A DNA stretch of 64,000 nt from Octopus sinensis (taxonomy: Eukaryota): the NCBI RefSeq assembly GCF_006345805.1, contig NC_043006.1:84692001-84756000 (forward strand), written 5' to 3'. Below the pieces are notes generated by a model. The model was not told where the DNA came from and made no database searches. It saw nothing but the letters and a program-made list of their open reading frames with translations. Below, piece by piece: positions 25,283 to 40,001 of the stretch; the stretch's first letter is position 1; each line of letters begins with the position of its first letter. The position numbers and the translations under genes are program-made.

Positions 25283-25521
25283 TTAACCCTTTTGATGTCA
25301 ACCCGGCTGAAACTGCCTCTGGCTCTGTAATACAAATGTCTTGTTTACATAAGTTTTGAATTAAAATCTTCCACCAAACCTTAGTCACAATTTATATTTC
25401 TAATACTAGCTGAATGATAACTAAGTTATTTGACTAAATTCTTTGTTATATTTAAAATTAAGTGAAAAAAACCCACAAAAAACAGAGCATCTCAACAGAA
25501 ATATGGTAACAAAAGGGTTAA
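25283..25521. mobile_element. TTAA-flanked MITE (piggyBac-like ends) nested in a related copy
   Basis: ttaaCCCTTTTG...CAAAAGGGttaa; related copies span 24424-25620. Confidence 0.7.
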
Positions 25522-25987
25522 TGATGACAAAGTTATTTTGGTAAATTCTTCAATATTTTTGAAATCAATTAAAATAAATGCAGTGCATTTTAACAGAAAT
25601 ATGATTGCAAAAGGAGTAAGCCTTAATCATTGAAGTTCCAGGTTCAAATAACTGAGAACCCAGACCATATGAGAAGAATACTATTAAGAAAGTTATTTGA
25701 CTAACTCATTTAAAAAATGTGGGATAGGAAGGAGGGGCATTGTTGTCACAGACCGGTTTCTTTGTAGTTTTGTCTTTTTTTTTATTATTTACACCAAGCT
25801 TCTTCTAAAGGCAATCACTTCATGATTTAATATTAAATATTATGTAAATACATTAATAAATAGACTCAATTCGTATTGGAATTGAATACTTTCTTCCCCT
25901 GTTTCTCTGTTCCTGTTTGAATATTTTACACTGTTGACATTCACATTATACACTCATATCTTGGTACTACAAGCATCCCTTTCACAG

Positions 25988-26045
25988 ATTTCAGAGGCAG
26001 CAAACAAAATCCCGCCATATCAACAACACCTCTTCACCATCCATG
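25988..26045 (+). other. Candidate 58-nt internal exon
   Basis: Acceptor catccctttcacag, donor ATG|gtaagt; unique sequence, open in all frames; product not recognised. Confidence 0.3.
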
Positions 26046-26559
26046 GTAAGTCTGATTTTAAATCAAAAATGTTGAATTTACTGTATTATAGAGTATATTT
26101 ACAGTATACAGGTATTTTGCACTGTCAGACTGGATAGTGTGCTGGATTAAAAGCACAGTACTATATTTATTCCTCAGTCTTTCGTAATGTAATTGTTGAT
26201 ATTAGCCATTCCTAACGTAACCTAACCTTAATGATGGTACCTATGCACAATCAGCTTCATCTGACCGATGTTCCCCACTTTTAGTCCATAGTACCAAGAT
26301 ATGAGAGTATATGCATACATATATATATATATACAAACTTATATATATATATGTATGTTTATAAGTATACATATATATATATATATATATAGGGAGAGAG
26401 AGAGAGAGATATAGATAGATAGATAGATGTGTGTACATATATATGTATATATACATGTATATACACATACAAACATATGTAAACATACATGTGCACATAC
26501 ATAGGTATATGCATGTACATATGTGCAAGTGTGTATGTATATACACACATATAGATATA

Positions 26560-26592
<33 letters not shown>

Positions 26593-26965
26593 GAGATACA
26601 GACAACTCCTTTTACTAAAACAAGAGCATGCATTAATTAAAAGTCAAAATTTTAAAAGCTGATGTTGGGTATACATGTACATACCATCTTTCTAGGCTGT
26701 CCCCTATAAAAGTTGGAATAAAATTGGATTTGCAGTTTGATTTAATTATATATCATAGTCAGGCATTGTATGTATATGGTGCATCCATGTATTCATGCAG
26801 GAAACATCTCAATACACACACACACATACCAATATACATGTATACACACACATATATATATGTGTACACACACACACATACCAATATACATGTATACACA
26901 CACACATATATATATATATATACATATATATGTACACAAACACACATGCTTACTCTCATATGCAA

Positions 26966-27000
<35 letters not shown>

Positions 27001-27093
27001 TACTATTTTGTTTACATGAATAATAAAATGTCTTCTCTTTTAACTTTTGCTGTTTTTCTTTTGTTTTACGCATTCCTTATTGTTTTGTTCTCC

Positions 27094-27125
<32 letters not shown>

Positions 27126-27388
27126 TATGTATGTATGTATGTATGTATGTATGCATGTTTGTTTTCATGTTTAGTTACAATGAAAACAATTGCACGTTAA
27201 TCTTGGCGTTACTCTATACTATTGTAGAGTACCAAATATATTTTTCTTAAGCAAGAATACTGTTGACAGTGACTTCGAAGTTTCAGCCATTCAAGCTATG
27301 GCTGGATGGCTTAACTGGCTGAAACTTCCAAATCACTATCAGCAATACTCTTGTTTAAGAATAAGATATATATATATATATATATATG

Positions 27389-27430
<42 letters not shown>

Positions 27431-27618
27431 ATACATACATATACACATACATATATATATATATATATACATACATATATATATATTTATATATATATGT
27501 AATATAAATACTATATGTATATTATATATATGCACTATAAATACTGTATATATATGTAATATAAATACTATATATATATTATGTATATTATATACATTCC
27601 ATTTGTTTTTCTGTATCT

Positions 27619-27748
27619 TCACAAGACAATATTCACATAGCGGTGATTTATTCTCGTCTCTCTGTGCTTCTTCTGAACTGCCAAGAAATGGTTCAGCAGC
27701 TCTTTGAAGTCGATCTGATTCACCAGCTGACGTTCCTCTTTCAGTTTC
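27619..27748 (-). CDS. Candidate coding exon of unknown gene
   Basis: Strong acceptor ttttcttttctatttctttgcacacag; frame KLKEERQLVNQIDFKELLNHFLAVQKKHRETRINHRYVNIVL*. A second frame is also open. Confidence 0.4.
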
Positions 27749-28001
27749 CTGTGTGCAAAGAAATAGAAAAGAAAAAGAAAAAAAATCAGAACAATAATAA
27801 CAACAACAACAACAACAAAAAGATAAAAAAAGAAGTCTTTTTTACAAGAGGGGCCTAGCCAATTACATTCACCCCAGTGCTCGACTGGTACATATTTTAT
27901 TGACACCAAAACGATGAAAGTAAAGCGGACCTTGGCAAAATTTGAACTCAGGATGTGAAAATGGGATAAAATACCATTAAGCATTATGTCTGGTGTGAAT
28001 G

Positions 28002-28044
<43 letters not shown>

Positions 28045-28430
28045 CGAAAGGAAAAGCAAAGTCGACCAAGGCAGCATTTTAATTCAGAACATGAAGACGA
28101 AATACTGCTAAGCATTTCACCTCATGTGCTAATGATTCTACCAGCTTGCCACCTTGATAACAATAATAATAATAATAATATTGACAGCAACAATATAAAA
28201 ACAATATGATGTCAAGGCTGAAAAAAACTCTGCTGCTTCAGCAACATGGCTGTAAAATGCCAGTTAAGGAATGTGTCCACCACCTACATCTTTAATTTGT
28301 TAGTAACTAGAAAACCTTTGATCATTTAGCTCCTGCATCTGTTCAATCAAACTGACTTGGAGATTAGACATCATCAAACACACACACACATATATTGTGA
28401 CTTAAATGTGTGTCTGTGTGTGTGTGTGTG

Positions 28431-28817
<387 letters not shown>

Positions 28818-29592
28818 TTTCCATATTGAAGAAAACACACACACACATGTTTAAGTCACAATATATGGATTCAAGTAATCCGGTAATACTCATAATTTTT
28901 TAAAAAAGCTTCTTAATGTATCATTCTATAAAATATATAGAATATATAGTATGAAAGGCAGCGAGATGGCAGAAATGCTGGCACGCTGGGTGAAATGCTT
29001 AGGAGCATTTTATCTGTCTTTACATTTTGAGTTCAAATTCCATCAAAGTCGACTTTGCCTTTCATCCTTTCGGGGTCAATAAATTAAGTACTAGTTGCAT
29101 ACTGGTGTTGATCTAATCGACTGGCCCTTCCCCCAAAATTTCAGGCCTTGTGCCTAGAGTAGAAAAGAATATAAAGTACGATACAAGAGAAAATGATAAG
29201 GAATGTATGACATCATAAATGACAGAGAAATAGTTTGATGAAATATTATTTAACAATAAGAAAATTCAAATATCATGACAAATTGTTTCATAACTTAAAA
29301 ACATGTAAATAATTTACATTATTATATTTAATAATAAATAAATTATTTACATGTCAGCATTAATGCAAAATGCAAATAAATCTTTCAAAGTAAAGCAGAA
29401 TTTAAGATATATCATCAGGTAGAGATAAATATTACTTAATAGACACAATACATGTTATGTACTACTAATAGTTTCATATGCTGAGAAATACCTCAAACTT
29501 ATTCATCAGGCACAAACCACATATACTAGTAGCACATAAAAACATGTATTGTATCTATTAAATAATATTTATCTCACACCAGAGAACAGTAC

Positions 29593-29628
<36 letters not shown>

Positions 29629-29630
<2 letters not shown>

Positions 29631-29842
29631 AGGTTGGCCAAAATTCCATAGATACTTAATATTCAATTTTCCTTATTCATTCCAATTATGAATGTTTAAT
29701 AATTGAATGCTGTGAGTAAAAATCACTATTTTTTTCAACATTTGTCTATTTATTAGTAAAGTCTCACATAAAATAAATTTTTGTTTTAATCTTGGAATTA
29801 AATGGTTTTGATTTAATGTCAGGCGACTTTTGGCCAACCCTG
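29629..29842. mobile_element. Tc1/mariner-type MITE
   Basis: TA|caaggttggccaaaa ... ttttggccaaccctg|TA. Confidence 0.75.
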
Positions 29843-30263
29843 TATATGAATATATAGTCAATTAAAAATAAAAACGAATAAAACAGACAACGTGAGGACA
29901 TGCACAAGAAATAAATTAGCATGACACTCTGTGAAAAGAGAGAGTTTGACGTTTTGAGCAAAGCTCTTTGTTGGAAAGGTGAAAGGCTAAAGTCTGGAGA
30001 AAGAAAAGAAATTACCAACAGCACACATGTAGTTGCAATGTAGCTACATGTGTGTGTGTGTATTTGTTTTCATGTTGAGTAACAGTAAAAACTATTTTAC
30101 ATTAATCTGATGGGTTACTCTATACTTTTGTAGAGTACTAATTTATTATTTTCATACAAGAATATTGTTCACAGCAATTTCAAAGATTCGACTAGCTAAT
30201 CAGTCCAACAATGGCTTAACTGGATGAAACTTCAAAGTCACTATCAACAACATTCTTGTATAA

Positions 30264-30303
<40 letters not shown>

Positions 30304-30344
30304 TATATATAATTCATTTTTTTGTACTTTTTGTGATCTAGTTA

Positions 30345-30799
30345 TAGAGCTGCTCAGGGTCAAGAGGGTGGCTGCTGGAAGACTTTATGTTTGACAACAG
30401 GACTCTGCACCATGCCCCACAAGCAGGAAAACCCAGTCATGGCAGTCAGACAATTTTTGTGACCACATCACCTCTAACATCTGGCCACCTAACTCCACAG
30501 ACTGCAACCCCCTTGATTATCAAGTGTTGGGCAAAAAGACCAACAAAACTCCTTGTAACACCAAAGATGAACTGAAGGCAAAGATTATGGGTGCATTCAC
30601 CAACTTCAACAAGGAGACTGTCCAGAAGAGTTGCAGGAGATTCTGAAGTCGTCTGGGGGCTGTGGTTGAAGCCAATAGTAATTTTATTGAATAAATTTAC
30701 TCTCTAGTATTTCAAGATATTTTAATGTAATTTTGGTAAATATATCTGTTAAAATGGGATGTCGTTTTTGCCTAATTTACATATATTCACCACACCCAG

Positions 30800-30800
<1 letters not shown>
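30345..30800 (+). pseudogene. DD37D (maT-like) transposase 3' fragment with right end
   Basis: QQDSAPCPTSRKTQSW...WPPNSTDCNPLDY (37 residues between the D's)...RF*SRLGAVVEANSNFIE*. Confidence 0.88.
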
Positions 30801-30832
<32 letters not shown>

Positions 30833-31182
30833 GCTGGTGGCACGTAAAAAGCACCGTTCAAGCATTGGGCCTCACAGAGGCAGTAACAAGTGACATAGAC
30901 CTTTGGCAATATACTGTGCTTGTGAACACCTGACAAAGTGAGATCGTAGTAGGAGCTGATGTCAGTGTCATGTGAATGGGTACTTGTGCTGGTGGCAAGT
31001 AAAACACACCCACTATACTCTTGAAATGGTTGGCATTAGGAAGGGCATCCAGCAATAGAAACCATACCAAATCAGAACCTGGTGCAGCTCCCAGGTTTAC
31101 TAGTTTTCAGTCAAACTGTACAACCCATGCCAGCAAGGAAAGCTGACATTAAATGATGATGATGAAAATGATGACATTATAC

Positions 31183-31237
<55 letters not shown>

Positions 31238-33834
31238 ATAGCAATAATAAAAGTGTGACAAAGCTCAGTTGTAATAGAAGTTAATAATGTGCTGTTTTGA
31301 CAATGGTCATAATTGTGGTGGTGGTGGTGGTGATAATGTTGATGATGACAGTGAGGATGACAGTGAGTAATGATGATGCTGTTCGTGGTGTTGTTGTTGT
31401 TGTTGGTGGTGGTGATGGTGGTGGGGTAGATGATGACACTGACAATGGTGATGATGAGGAGGATGATAATGATGATAAAAGTGATGACAGCATTAATGAT
31501 AATAGTGATGACAGTCTAACAGTAACCAAAAAAAAAACCCTAAAAAAAGAGTTCAGCTTTTGACAAGGCAGTTAGAAAGTCCACATAAGTTTACTCTGGT
31601 GGAAAATATGGTGGTAGTGGTGGTGGCAGTGGTGGTACTAGTGATGATGAAAAAAAAATGGGCCTTTGCTCTTTGAATGATACCTTTATGAATATGTAGC
31701 CATGTGTGTCTATCAGCTGGCAAAAACCAAAGAATCACCACCACCACCAACACCACCACCACCAACACCATCACCACCAGTGCCGCTGCCCTCACCGCCA
31801 TTGAGCGGAATGCTCATAATGAGCATGTCTTCCCATTTCAAGACAAGTGGTAATTGAATTCTCAATAAACAGAGATACACTTGCGGCTCTGTTTCTGTTT
31901 CATTGCATATATGTGTGTGCGAGTGAGCATGCATGTGTGAGAACACGTGTGTGTGAGTGTGTGTATGTGTGTGTAGGCGTTCCTGCACAAACAAAACAGG
32001 CCAAACAGAACTAAAGTGAACATGATAGGAACAACAATCAATGCCCTTTATTTTTTATTGCATTTGTTGTATTTTTTATTGTACTGGGTTTTTTTGGGGG
32101 GTTTTTTTTTCGTTTTACCACTAATAGATATTTAGAGATGTTTTTAAGACAGTTCTTATTGGGAGAAGATAGAAGGAAAATGATGCCACTGTTGAAAACC
32201 AACCACACACAGCTGTATTATTCACTTGTATAGAATATTCTCACAACACATGCAATAATGTGTGTATGTGTGTGTGTGAGTGTATATATATATATATATA
32301 TATATGTGTGCATGTATGTGTATATGCATGTGTGTGTATGTGTGTGTTATCTTCATCATAATTGTCGTTGCCATCTTCATCATCACATCATCATTGCCAT
32401 CACCACCATTATTGTTATCATCACCGCCATCATCATCATCACCAACACCATCGTTATTGTCATCATTTAAAGTCCATGTTCCATGCTAGCAATGGTTGGA
32501 TGGTTTGACCAGATTCTACGGGTCACAAGACAGCATCACACTCCAACCCACATCTACTTTGGCATGGTTTCTATGGCTAGATGCCCTCCTGAATGCTAAA
32601 ACTACTGTTATGAGGATGACAGCATTTTGTCTATCTTTATGCTCTAAGTTCAGATTCCTCTCAGGATAACTTTGCCTTTCTTCTTCTAAGGGGTCAATAA
32701 AATGAGTACCAATCAAGTACTGGGGTCAATGTAATCAACTAATTTCCTACTCTATTTCAGGCCTATAGTAAAAAAGAATTATTAATATTATTTTTTAGTA
32801 AGGTAGCAAGATGACACGACTCTACCTTTCATCCTTTTAGGGTCAGTAAAATAAGTACCAGTTGAGCATTGGGGTCAATGTAATTGGTTAGCCCCCACAA
32901 TTTAAGACCTTGTGCCTATATTAGAAAAGGATCATTATTATTGAGCTTACATTCTGACGAGGCTGACTTTGCCTTTCATCCTTTCGGGGTCGATAAACAA
33001 AGTACCAGTTGAGTACTGGGGTCGATGTAATTGACTAAACCCCACCCCCAAATTTCAGGCCTTGTGCTTCTTGTAGAAAGGATTATTATTATTATTATCT
33101 ACAACTCCCTCTCTCCATCCATCCATCCATTCATCCACCCATGTGCAAGAAAAAAACACCAAAAAATTTGAAAAGAAAATGATTAAAACAAAACAAATAA
33201 AACAACACAAAAATAATCAAATTAACAATAAAAAAAAGCCCCTCGATAATTTAAAAGAAGAAAACCAATACAAAACCTTGAAAAAAAAAAAACAACAGCA
33301 AAGCCATCCGACAGAAATCTCAACTGCTTTGTGACTGAAGCATGTTTTGCGATATTATCATTATTATCTCTTTATCCATTTTACCACCCAAGTATCCCTG
33401 AGTCAAGTAATTGAATTATTGCATGTCTTCATCTCTCGAAATAGAACTCGTTATGGTTAATAAATTTACTGTCATCAATATCATCATCAGCATCAGTACG
33501 AGCATCATCATTATAATCAACATCATCATCATCATCATTGCCATCATCATCATCATCATTGCCATCATCACTATTGATCCCTGACATGCTAATTCTTCCT
33601 CCACACAACATTTCCTCTGGAATTCAACAATGAAAACTAAATGAGTTGGGAATGACTGAGAGAAGGCAGAATGAAATTAGCTCTGAAGCTCTGAAGAACA
33701 GAGGCTATTATAGTAGTGGTACAAAAGACAGAGGGAGAGGACACAGCATTTCTCTGGTGAATGAGAATGGAGTATATTGGTGAATGACCCTATGCTAATT
33801 GTACCAGTAGCCTTTCTCTGGATGTAATCAAATA

Positions 33835-34375
33835 TTGGCACCCGTACTAGCGGGGTGCAAAGAGCACCATACGAGCGTGATTGTTGACAGAGAGGCTAAC
33901 CGGCTTCCGTGCCAGTGGCACATAAAAGGCACCATTCGAGTGTGATCGTTACCAGCATCACCTTACTGGCACTTGTGCCCATGCTAGTAGGGTGCCAAGA
34001 GCACCATCTGAGCGTGATCGTTGCCAGAGCAGCCAACTGGCTTCCATGCCGGTGGCACATAAAAGGGCACCATTTGAGCATGATCGTTACCAACATCGCC
34101 TTACTGGCACCTCTGCTGGTGGCATGTGTAAAAAGATTTGAGCGAGGTCGTTGCCAGTACTGCCTGACTGACCCCCATGCCGGTGGCACTTAAAAAAGCA
34201 CCCACTACACTCTCAGAGTGGTTGGCATTAGGAAGGGCATCCATCTGTAGAAACTCTACCAAATCAAGATTGGAGCTTGGTGCAGCCATCTGGTTCACCA
34301 GCCCTCAGTCATTCGTCCAACCCATGCTAGCATGGAAAGTGGATGTTAAACGATGATGATGATGATGATGATGTG
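33835..34375 (+). mobile_element. Family C element: ~60-bp diverged internal repeats plus a conserved 3' region with (GAT)n tail
   Basis: gagtggttggcattaggaagggcatcc...cgtccaacccatgctagcatggaaag...gatgatgat; also at 30830-31170, 37470-37690 and 50600-51025. Confidence 0.75.
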
Positions 34376-34589
34376 TAGCAGCAATGTCCTGTGATCTAGG
34401 AGCAATACACCACAGTGGTTGCAGTACTCTAGCAAACCCCAGTGTAACAGTAGTAACAATAAAGGGATAAGGTGTGACAGTATGTGAGTCCATGTGTGAC
34501 ATGCCTTTCATGAAGCCATCAACTCACGGCAGTTTAACTCTTCAGCATTCAGGTTACTCCATCAAATGTAACACTTATTTTATTCTTTT

Positions 34590-34968
34590 ATTCTTTAACT
34601 TGTTTCAGTCATTTGACTGTGACCATGATGGAGCACAGACTTTAGTCAATCAAATCAACCTCAGGACTTGTTCTTTGTAAGCCTAGCACTTATTCTATCG
34701 GCCTCTTTTGCAGAACTGCTAAGTTACATGTACATAAACACACCAACATCAGTTGTCAAGCGATGGTGGTGGTGGGGGGAACACAGACACACACAAATAT
34801 ATATACGACAGGCTTCTTTCAGTTTCCATCTACCAAATCCATTCACAAGGTTTTGGTTAGCCTAAGGCTATAGTAGAAGACACATGCCCAAGGTGCTCCG
34901 TAGTGAGACTGAACTCGGAACCATGTGGTTGGGAAGCAATTTCTTACCACACAGCCACTCCTGCGCCT
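34590..34968 (-). mobile_element. SINE family A
   Basis: Similarity to 1631-2034. Confidence 0.85.
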
Positions 34969-35259
34969 TATTCACATTGTTTTCAGTTAATCATGCGTTG
35001 TCTCAAAGCTTCAAAGTTTCGATGATGTGATTGTATGTTTTTTAGAGTAGAAAGTGTTAGTGGCTGGATCTGAGCAGTTTGAACATAAAACAGGTGGAAT
35101 AATTATTTAGGCCAGATATGGCCAGTTTAGATGCGAAAGAGTTAAGTGGAATATTGATAGGACAATTCTCACAAGTCAGTAACAGAAGGGTCAATGCAGG
35201 TCATGGGCATTGACCTTTCTTCCAGACCAAACTAATACCAAAAACGAAAAAAGAAAGAT

Positions 35260-35635
35260 AGGCACAGGCATGGTTGTATAGTAAGGAGCTTGCTGGTCAA
35301 CAACATGGTTCTGGGTTCAGTCCTACTGTGTGGTAGCATGGGCAAGTGTCTTCTACTATAACCTCGAGCTGACCAAAGCTTTGTGAATGGATTTGTTAGA
35401 CGGAAACTGAAAGAATCCTGTCGTGTGTGTGTCTGTCTGTCCGTCTGTCTCACCAACACTGCTTGACAACTGGGGTTGATGTATTTATATACCTGTAACT
35501 TAGCAGTTCGGCAAAAGAGACTGATAGAATAATTACTAGGCTTAAGAAATAAGTACTGGGGTTAATTTGTTCAACTAAAGCCCTTCAAGGTAGTGCCCCA
35601 GCATGGCCACAGTCAAATGATTGGAACAAGTAAAA
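35260..35635 (+). mobile_element. SINE family A
   Basis: Similarity to 1631-2034. Confidence 0.85.
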
Positions 35636-36569
35636 GAAAAGAAAAAGAAAAAAAACAAAAAATGAAAATAAAGAAGCCATTCTCTACTTCTTAGGATCTG
35701 AGGAAAGGAAGAGTTGTTATGGTAATCATTGTTGTTTTTAGTTCCTGTTTAGCAGCCCTTATGATCAAAGACATTCCATCCTTGACCATCTTGTCTTTTA
35801 CTCCTCCCCATCATCAGGCATAGTATAAGGGAAACTACTTTATCGAATGAGTCCTCCTTTGTTTGAAGAAAGTGAGAAGTGAGCAATATGAGGGAGATTT
35901 GGGTGCAATTTCTAGCAGACTTAATGACTGTGCAGAGCCTTCTACTCCACCCCACTGTCACTGTTAGCGCCAGCTCAGATGGTGGTTGTGGTGGTAGCGG
36001 TGGTGTTAGTGACAATTATTGATGCTGTGGTGGTGTTGATAGATGTAGTGGTAGTGGTGCTGGTGCTGGCAGTATTGGCAGTTGTGGTGGTGGTGTTGGT
36101 GGTAGTGGAGGTTTGGCATCAGTCTGAGACAAGATGGAAGGAACCATTTTTTTTTTATATATCTACCACAAAGAAGCAACAGTAATAAATATTAAAGAGT
36201 CTAAGCAGAAATTCAAGCCAAAAGACAGGCAAAATATTGTTGTTGTTGTTGTTGCTGATGATAATGATAATGACTGATTGATTCACTTAATGACATTTTG
36301 GTCAATGCCAGAGAAGATGGAACAACATAAGAAACTTTGTGGCAATGCAAGAAAAAGAAAGAAAAAAAAAAACGAAATAAATTTTTTACGAAAAAAATAA
36401 AATGAAAATTTTGGAAAAAATAGAAAAAGAAGAAACTTTGTTTATAAATATGATGTTTGTTTTATGGTGGATCAGTTTTAAAACAGTAGCTTTTATTAAT
36501 GCACAGACTAATTATGTAAAGAAAACACATACTATTTCATTTGACACACATATATATGTATATACATAT

Positions 36570-37340
36570 CATCATCATCATCATCATTTAACGTCCGCTT
36601 TCCATGCTAGCATGGGTTGGACGGTTCAACTGGGGTCTGGGGAGCCCGAAAGCTGCACCAGTCCAGTCAGATCTGGCAGTGTTTCTACAGCTGGATGCCC
36701 TTTCTAACGCCAACCACTCCGAGAGTGTAGTGGGTGATTTTATGTGCCACCGACACAGGTGCCAGACGAGGCTGGCAAACGGCCACGCTCGGATGGTGTT
36801 TTTTATGTGCCACCGACACAGGTGCCAGACGAGGCTGGCAGACGGCCACGCTCGGATGGTGTTTTTATGTGCCACCGACACAGGTGCCAGACGAGGCTGG
36901 CAGACGGCCACGCTCGGATGGTGTTTTTATGTGCCACCGACACAGGTGCCAGACGAGGCTGGCAGACGGCCACGCTCGGATGGTGTTTTTATGTGCCACC
37001 GACACAGGTGCCAGATGAGGCTGGCAAACGGCCACGATCGGATGGTGCTTGTTACGTGCCCACAGCACGGAGGCCAGTCGATTCGGTACTGGCTACGGCC
37101 ACGTTCGGATGGTTTTCTTATGTGCCACGTGCCACCGGCACTGGTACCACAAAGATACAAATTCCATTGATGTTCATCTATTTTGATTTGTTTTGATTTT
37201 CACTTGTCTCAACAGGTCTTCACAAGTGTCACAAGAAGGAAGGTATGCACAGGTGGACTGACTACGTCCCAGGTAGGGGCCATGGGTTATGGCCTGACTA
37301 GTCTTGCCGGGTCTTCGGATGGTGTTTTTATGTGCCACCG

Positions 37341-37345
<5 letters not shown>
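36570..37345 (-). mobile_element. Family C element containing a homogenised 62-bp minisatellite (36741-~37140)
   Basis: Five near-identical units (starts 36741, 36804, 36866, 36928, 36990) plus two diverged units. Confidence 0.85.
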
Positions 37346-37401
<56 letters not shown>

Positions 37402-37697
37402 TATATATATATATGTACATATGTAGTACACACTGACATCTCAAAAGTAAGCATACCTCTCTGTGGGTGATGCCGGTGTCATATGAATGGCACCCGTGCT
37501 GGTGGCACATAAAAGCATCCATTAAATTTGTGGAGTGGTTGGCGTTAGGATAGGTCATTCAGCCATAGAAACCATGCTAAATCAGACTGGAGTCTGGTGC
37601 AGCCCCTCAGCTTGCCACCACTGGTCAAACCATCTGACCCATGCCGGCATGGACAACAGATGCTAAATAATAATGATGATGATGATGAAAATATATA

Positions 37698-37731
<34 letters not shown>

Positions 37732-37796
37732 ACCATGTGTGTATCGTTGGTGATTTTCTTTCTCCATCTTTCCTTTCTTGGATCTTTCTTTTTTCT

Positions 37797-37831
37797 GTTT
37801 CTGACGAAGAGCTCTGCTCGAAACATTAAAT
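37797..37831 (+). ncRNA. Minimal hammerhead-like motif in pLTR-like repeat 37730-37935
   Basis: GUUU CUGACGA A GAGC UCU GCUC GAAA CA UU AAAU. Confidence 0.6.
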
Positions 37832-38387
37832 CCTCCTTCTTTCCTTTTTTTCCTGAGCATCCAATAATACTATTCTTGTTCCACGTCCTTGCATTGTTGT
37901 GTTTTCTCTTTGTGTTTTCATGTTTGGATTAACTATATGTATATATATATATATATACACCAAAACAAGAGATTGGAAAGATTTTTGATATTATTTATTC
38001 ATGATTACACATGAAGGGTTTAGTCAAACAATTCGACCCTGGAACTTGTTTTTAAAGTCTGGTACTTATTTTATTGGTTTCCTTTGCTGAACTACTAAGT
38101 TAGAAAGATCTAAACAAACCCACAAAAGTTGTCAAGCAAACACAAATAGGGTGGTGGTGGTTGTGGTGGTGGTGATTGTTATATTCTCAGTGCTTCTCTT
38201 AAAGGTCACTGGCATAAAGACAGTGATACTGTTGGTATTTTTCCTATAAACAAATGGTCCGGAAGCTCTGTTCCTTCAAAACCAATTGTAAGGAAATGCC
38301 CTCTAGTTGAAAAACAGGAATGGGTTAACAAGAGAAAGGGCATACAGCTGTTAAACAAAAGAAGTATGAAGAAATGGAGGCAAATGA

Positions 38388-38423
<36 letters not shown>

Positions 38424-38562
38424 CACATCTTCCCCCTTGAACATGAAGCATTCATGCATTTATCATGAAAGTACTTAATGAATAATTCAATTATATTAAA
38501 CTAGATCTATGACAGTCATCTACATGAAAAATGGAACAGGAATTTATGAATCTGAAAGTCTA

Positions 38563-38600
<38 letters not shown>

Positions 38601-38603
38601 TGT

Positions 38604-38643
<40 letters not shown>

Positions 38644-38984
38644 CAATATTGTGGTATCATGGTATCAACCACACTATCAGATGTTGTTACACATCGCTGG
38701 TCACAATAAGCTTTGCATTGTTTTAGCCTTTGAATGACACCAACCTGCTGGCTAGGCAAGCAGGCCAACATTCCCTCTAATTAGAAGGCTATTTTATCAC
38801 AGTGTAACCCATTTACAGCTGAGTGGACTGGAGCAAAAATGAAATGAAGTGTTTTGCTCAAGAACACAACATGCCATCCAGTCTTGGAATTGACCCCACA
38901 AATTTAGCAATCATGAGTGCAACACCCTGACCACGAGACCACACACATACAAACACATATATAGCTATATATTAATTTATTCTT

Positions 38985-39362
38985 TTATCCATTTACTCAT
39001 TTCGGCCATCTGACTGTGGCCATTCTGGAGCACCACCTTGAAGGGTTTTAGCAAAACAAATCAACTCCAGGACTTCTCTTTTAAGCCTAGTACCTATTCT
39101 CTCAGTCTCTTTTGCCAAACTGCTAAGTTATGGGACATAAACACACCAACACCAGTTGTCAAGCAATGATGAGGGAACAAACACCCACACACATATATAT
39201 ATACAATGGGCTTCTTTCAGTTTCCATTTACCAAATCCACTCACAAAGCTTTGGTCAGTCTGAGGCTATAGTAGAAGACACCCAAGGTACCATGCAGTGG
39301 GACTGAACCCAGAACCATGCGGTTGGAAAGCAAGCTTCTTACCACACAGCTACACCTGCTCC
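38985..39362 (-). mobile_element. SINE family A
   Basis: Similarity to other copies. Confidence 0.8.
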
Positions 39363-39708
39363 GATATATATATATATACATACATATTTACAAATACATA
39401 TATATTTGTTTATATGTAATTATCTCTATTTATTTATTTATCTACTTACCTAGACACACACACACATCCTACTAACGATAAGATGGTTATTAAATTATTT
39501 ATTATAATCTCCTTGGACTTGGAGCAAGTCCAATGTCTGCAAGTGAAGGATATAATTCTATAATTAATTGAAAGTACTCCAGGTCTTAATGGGTGTACTC
39601 CCATAAAACATACCTGAAGTAAGTACCAACAACCACACTCATCACTGGCACCGTTTGAATGCTTTCTGCTTCTGTCAGATTCCCATTCACATCTAGATTG
39701 CTTTATAG

Positions 39709-40001
39709 CAGGGGTCCTCAACCATTTTTTACCTATGGACCCTTTTTGATTACTATTTCATTCTGTAAAACCCCCACAGCCATTCAATGTTTAAAGATAC
39801 TTCTTTCAAAATTCCTGTTTCATTTTTCATACGTTGCCTTGTGTAAGATGAACAATGTAAAACTTTAGAGACCAATGTATAATATATACATCTGGAGCAA
39901 AATTTTTTCAGGCGTCCTTAAAATACTACTTTGTTGGGTGGACTCTCAAAAATTTTATATGGACCTGCAGAGGCCATATAGATCCCAGTTGACAAGCACT
40001 G
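39709..40001. mobile_element. Non-autonomous hAT element
   Basis: TIR-like CAGGGGTCCTCAAC / GTTGACAAGCACTG; 8-bp TSD ctttatag / ctttacag. Confidence 0.8.

Noticed and set aside
31810-31826. Palindrome ATGCTCAT-A-ATGAGCAT
   Set aside because: 8-bp arms are expected by chance in 64 kb.
36741-37140. CRISPR-like array, or the coding ORFs over it
   Set aside because: The units are contiguous with no unique spacers, the context is eukaryotic with no cas genes, and the ORFs are repeat artefacts.
39614-39692. Minus-strand exon ending CAG|gtatgt
   Set aside because: There is no polypyrimidine tract and no recognisable peptide.
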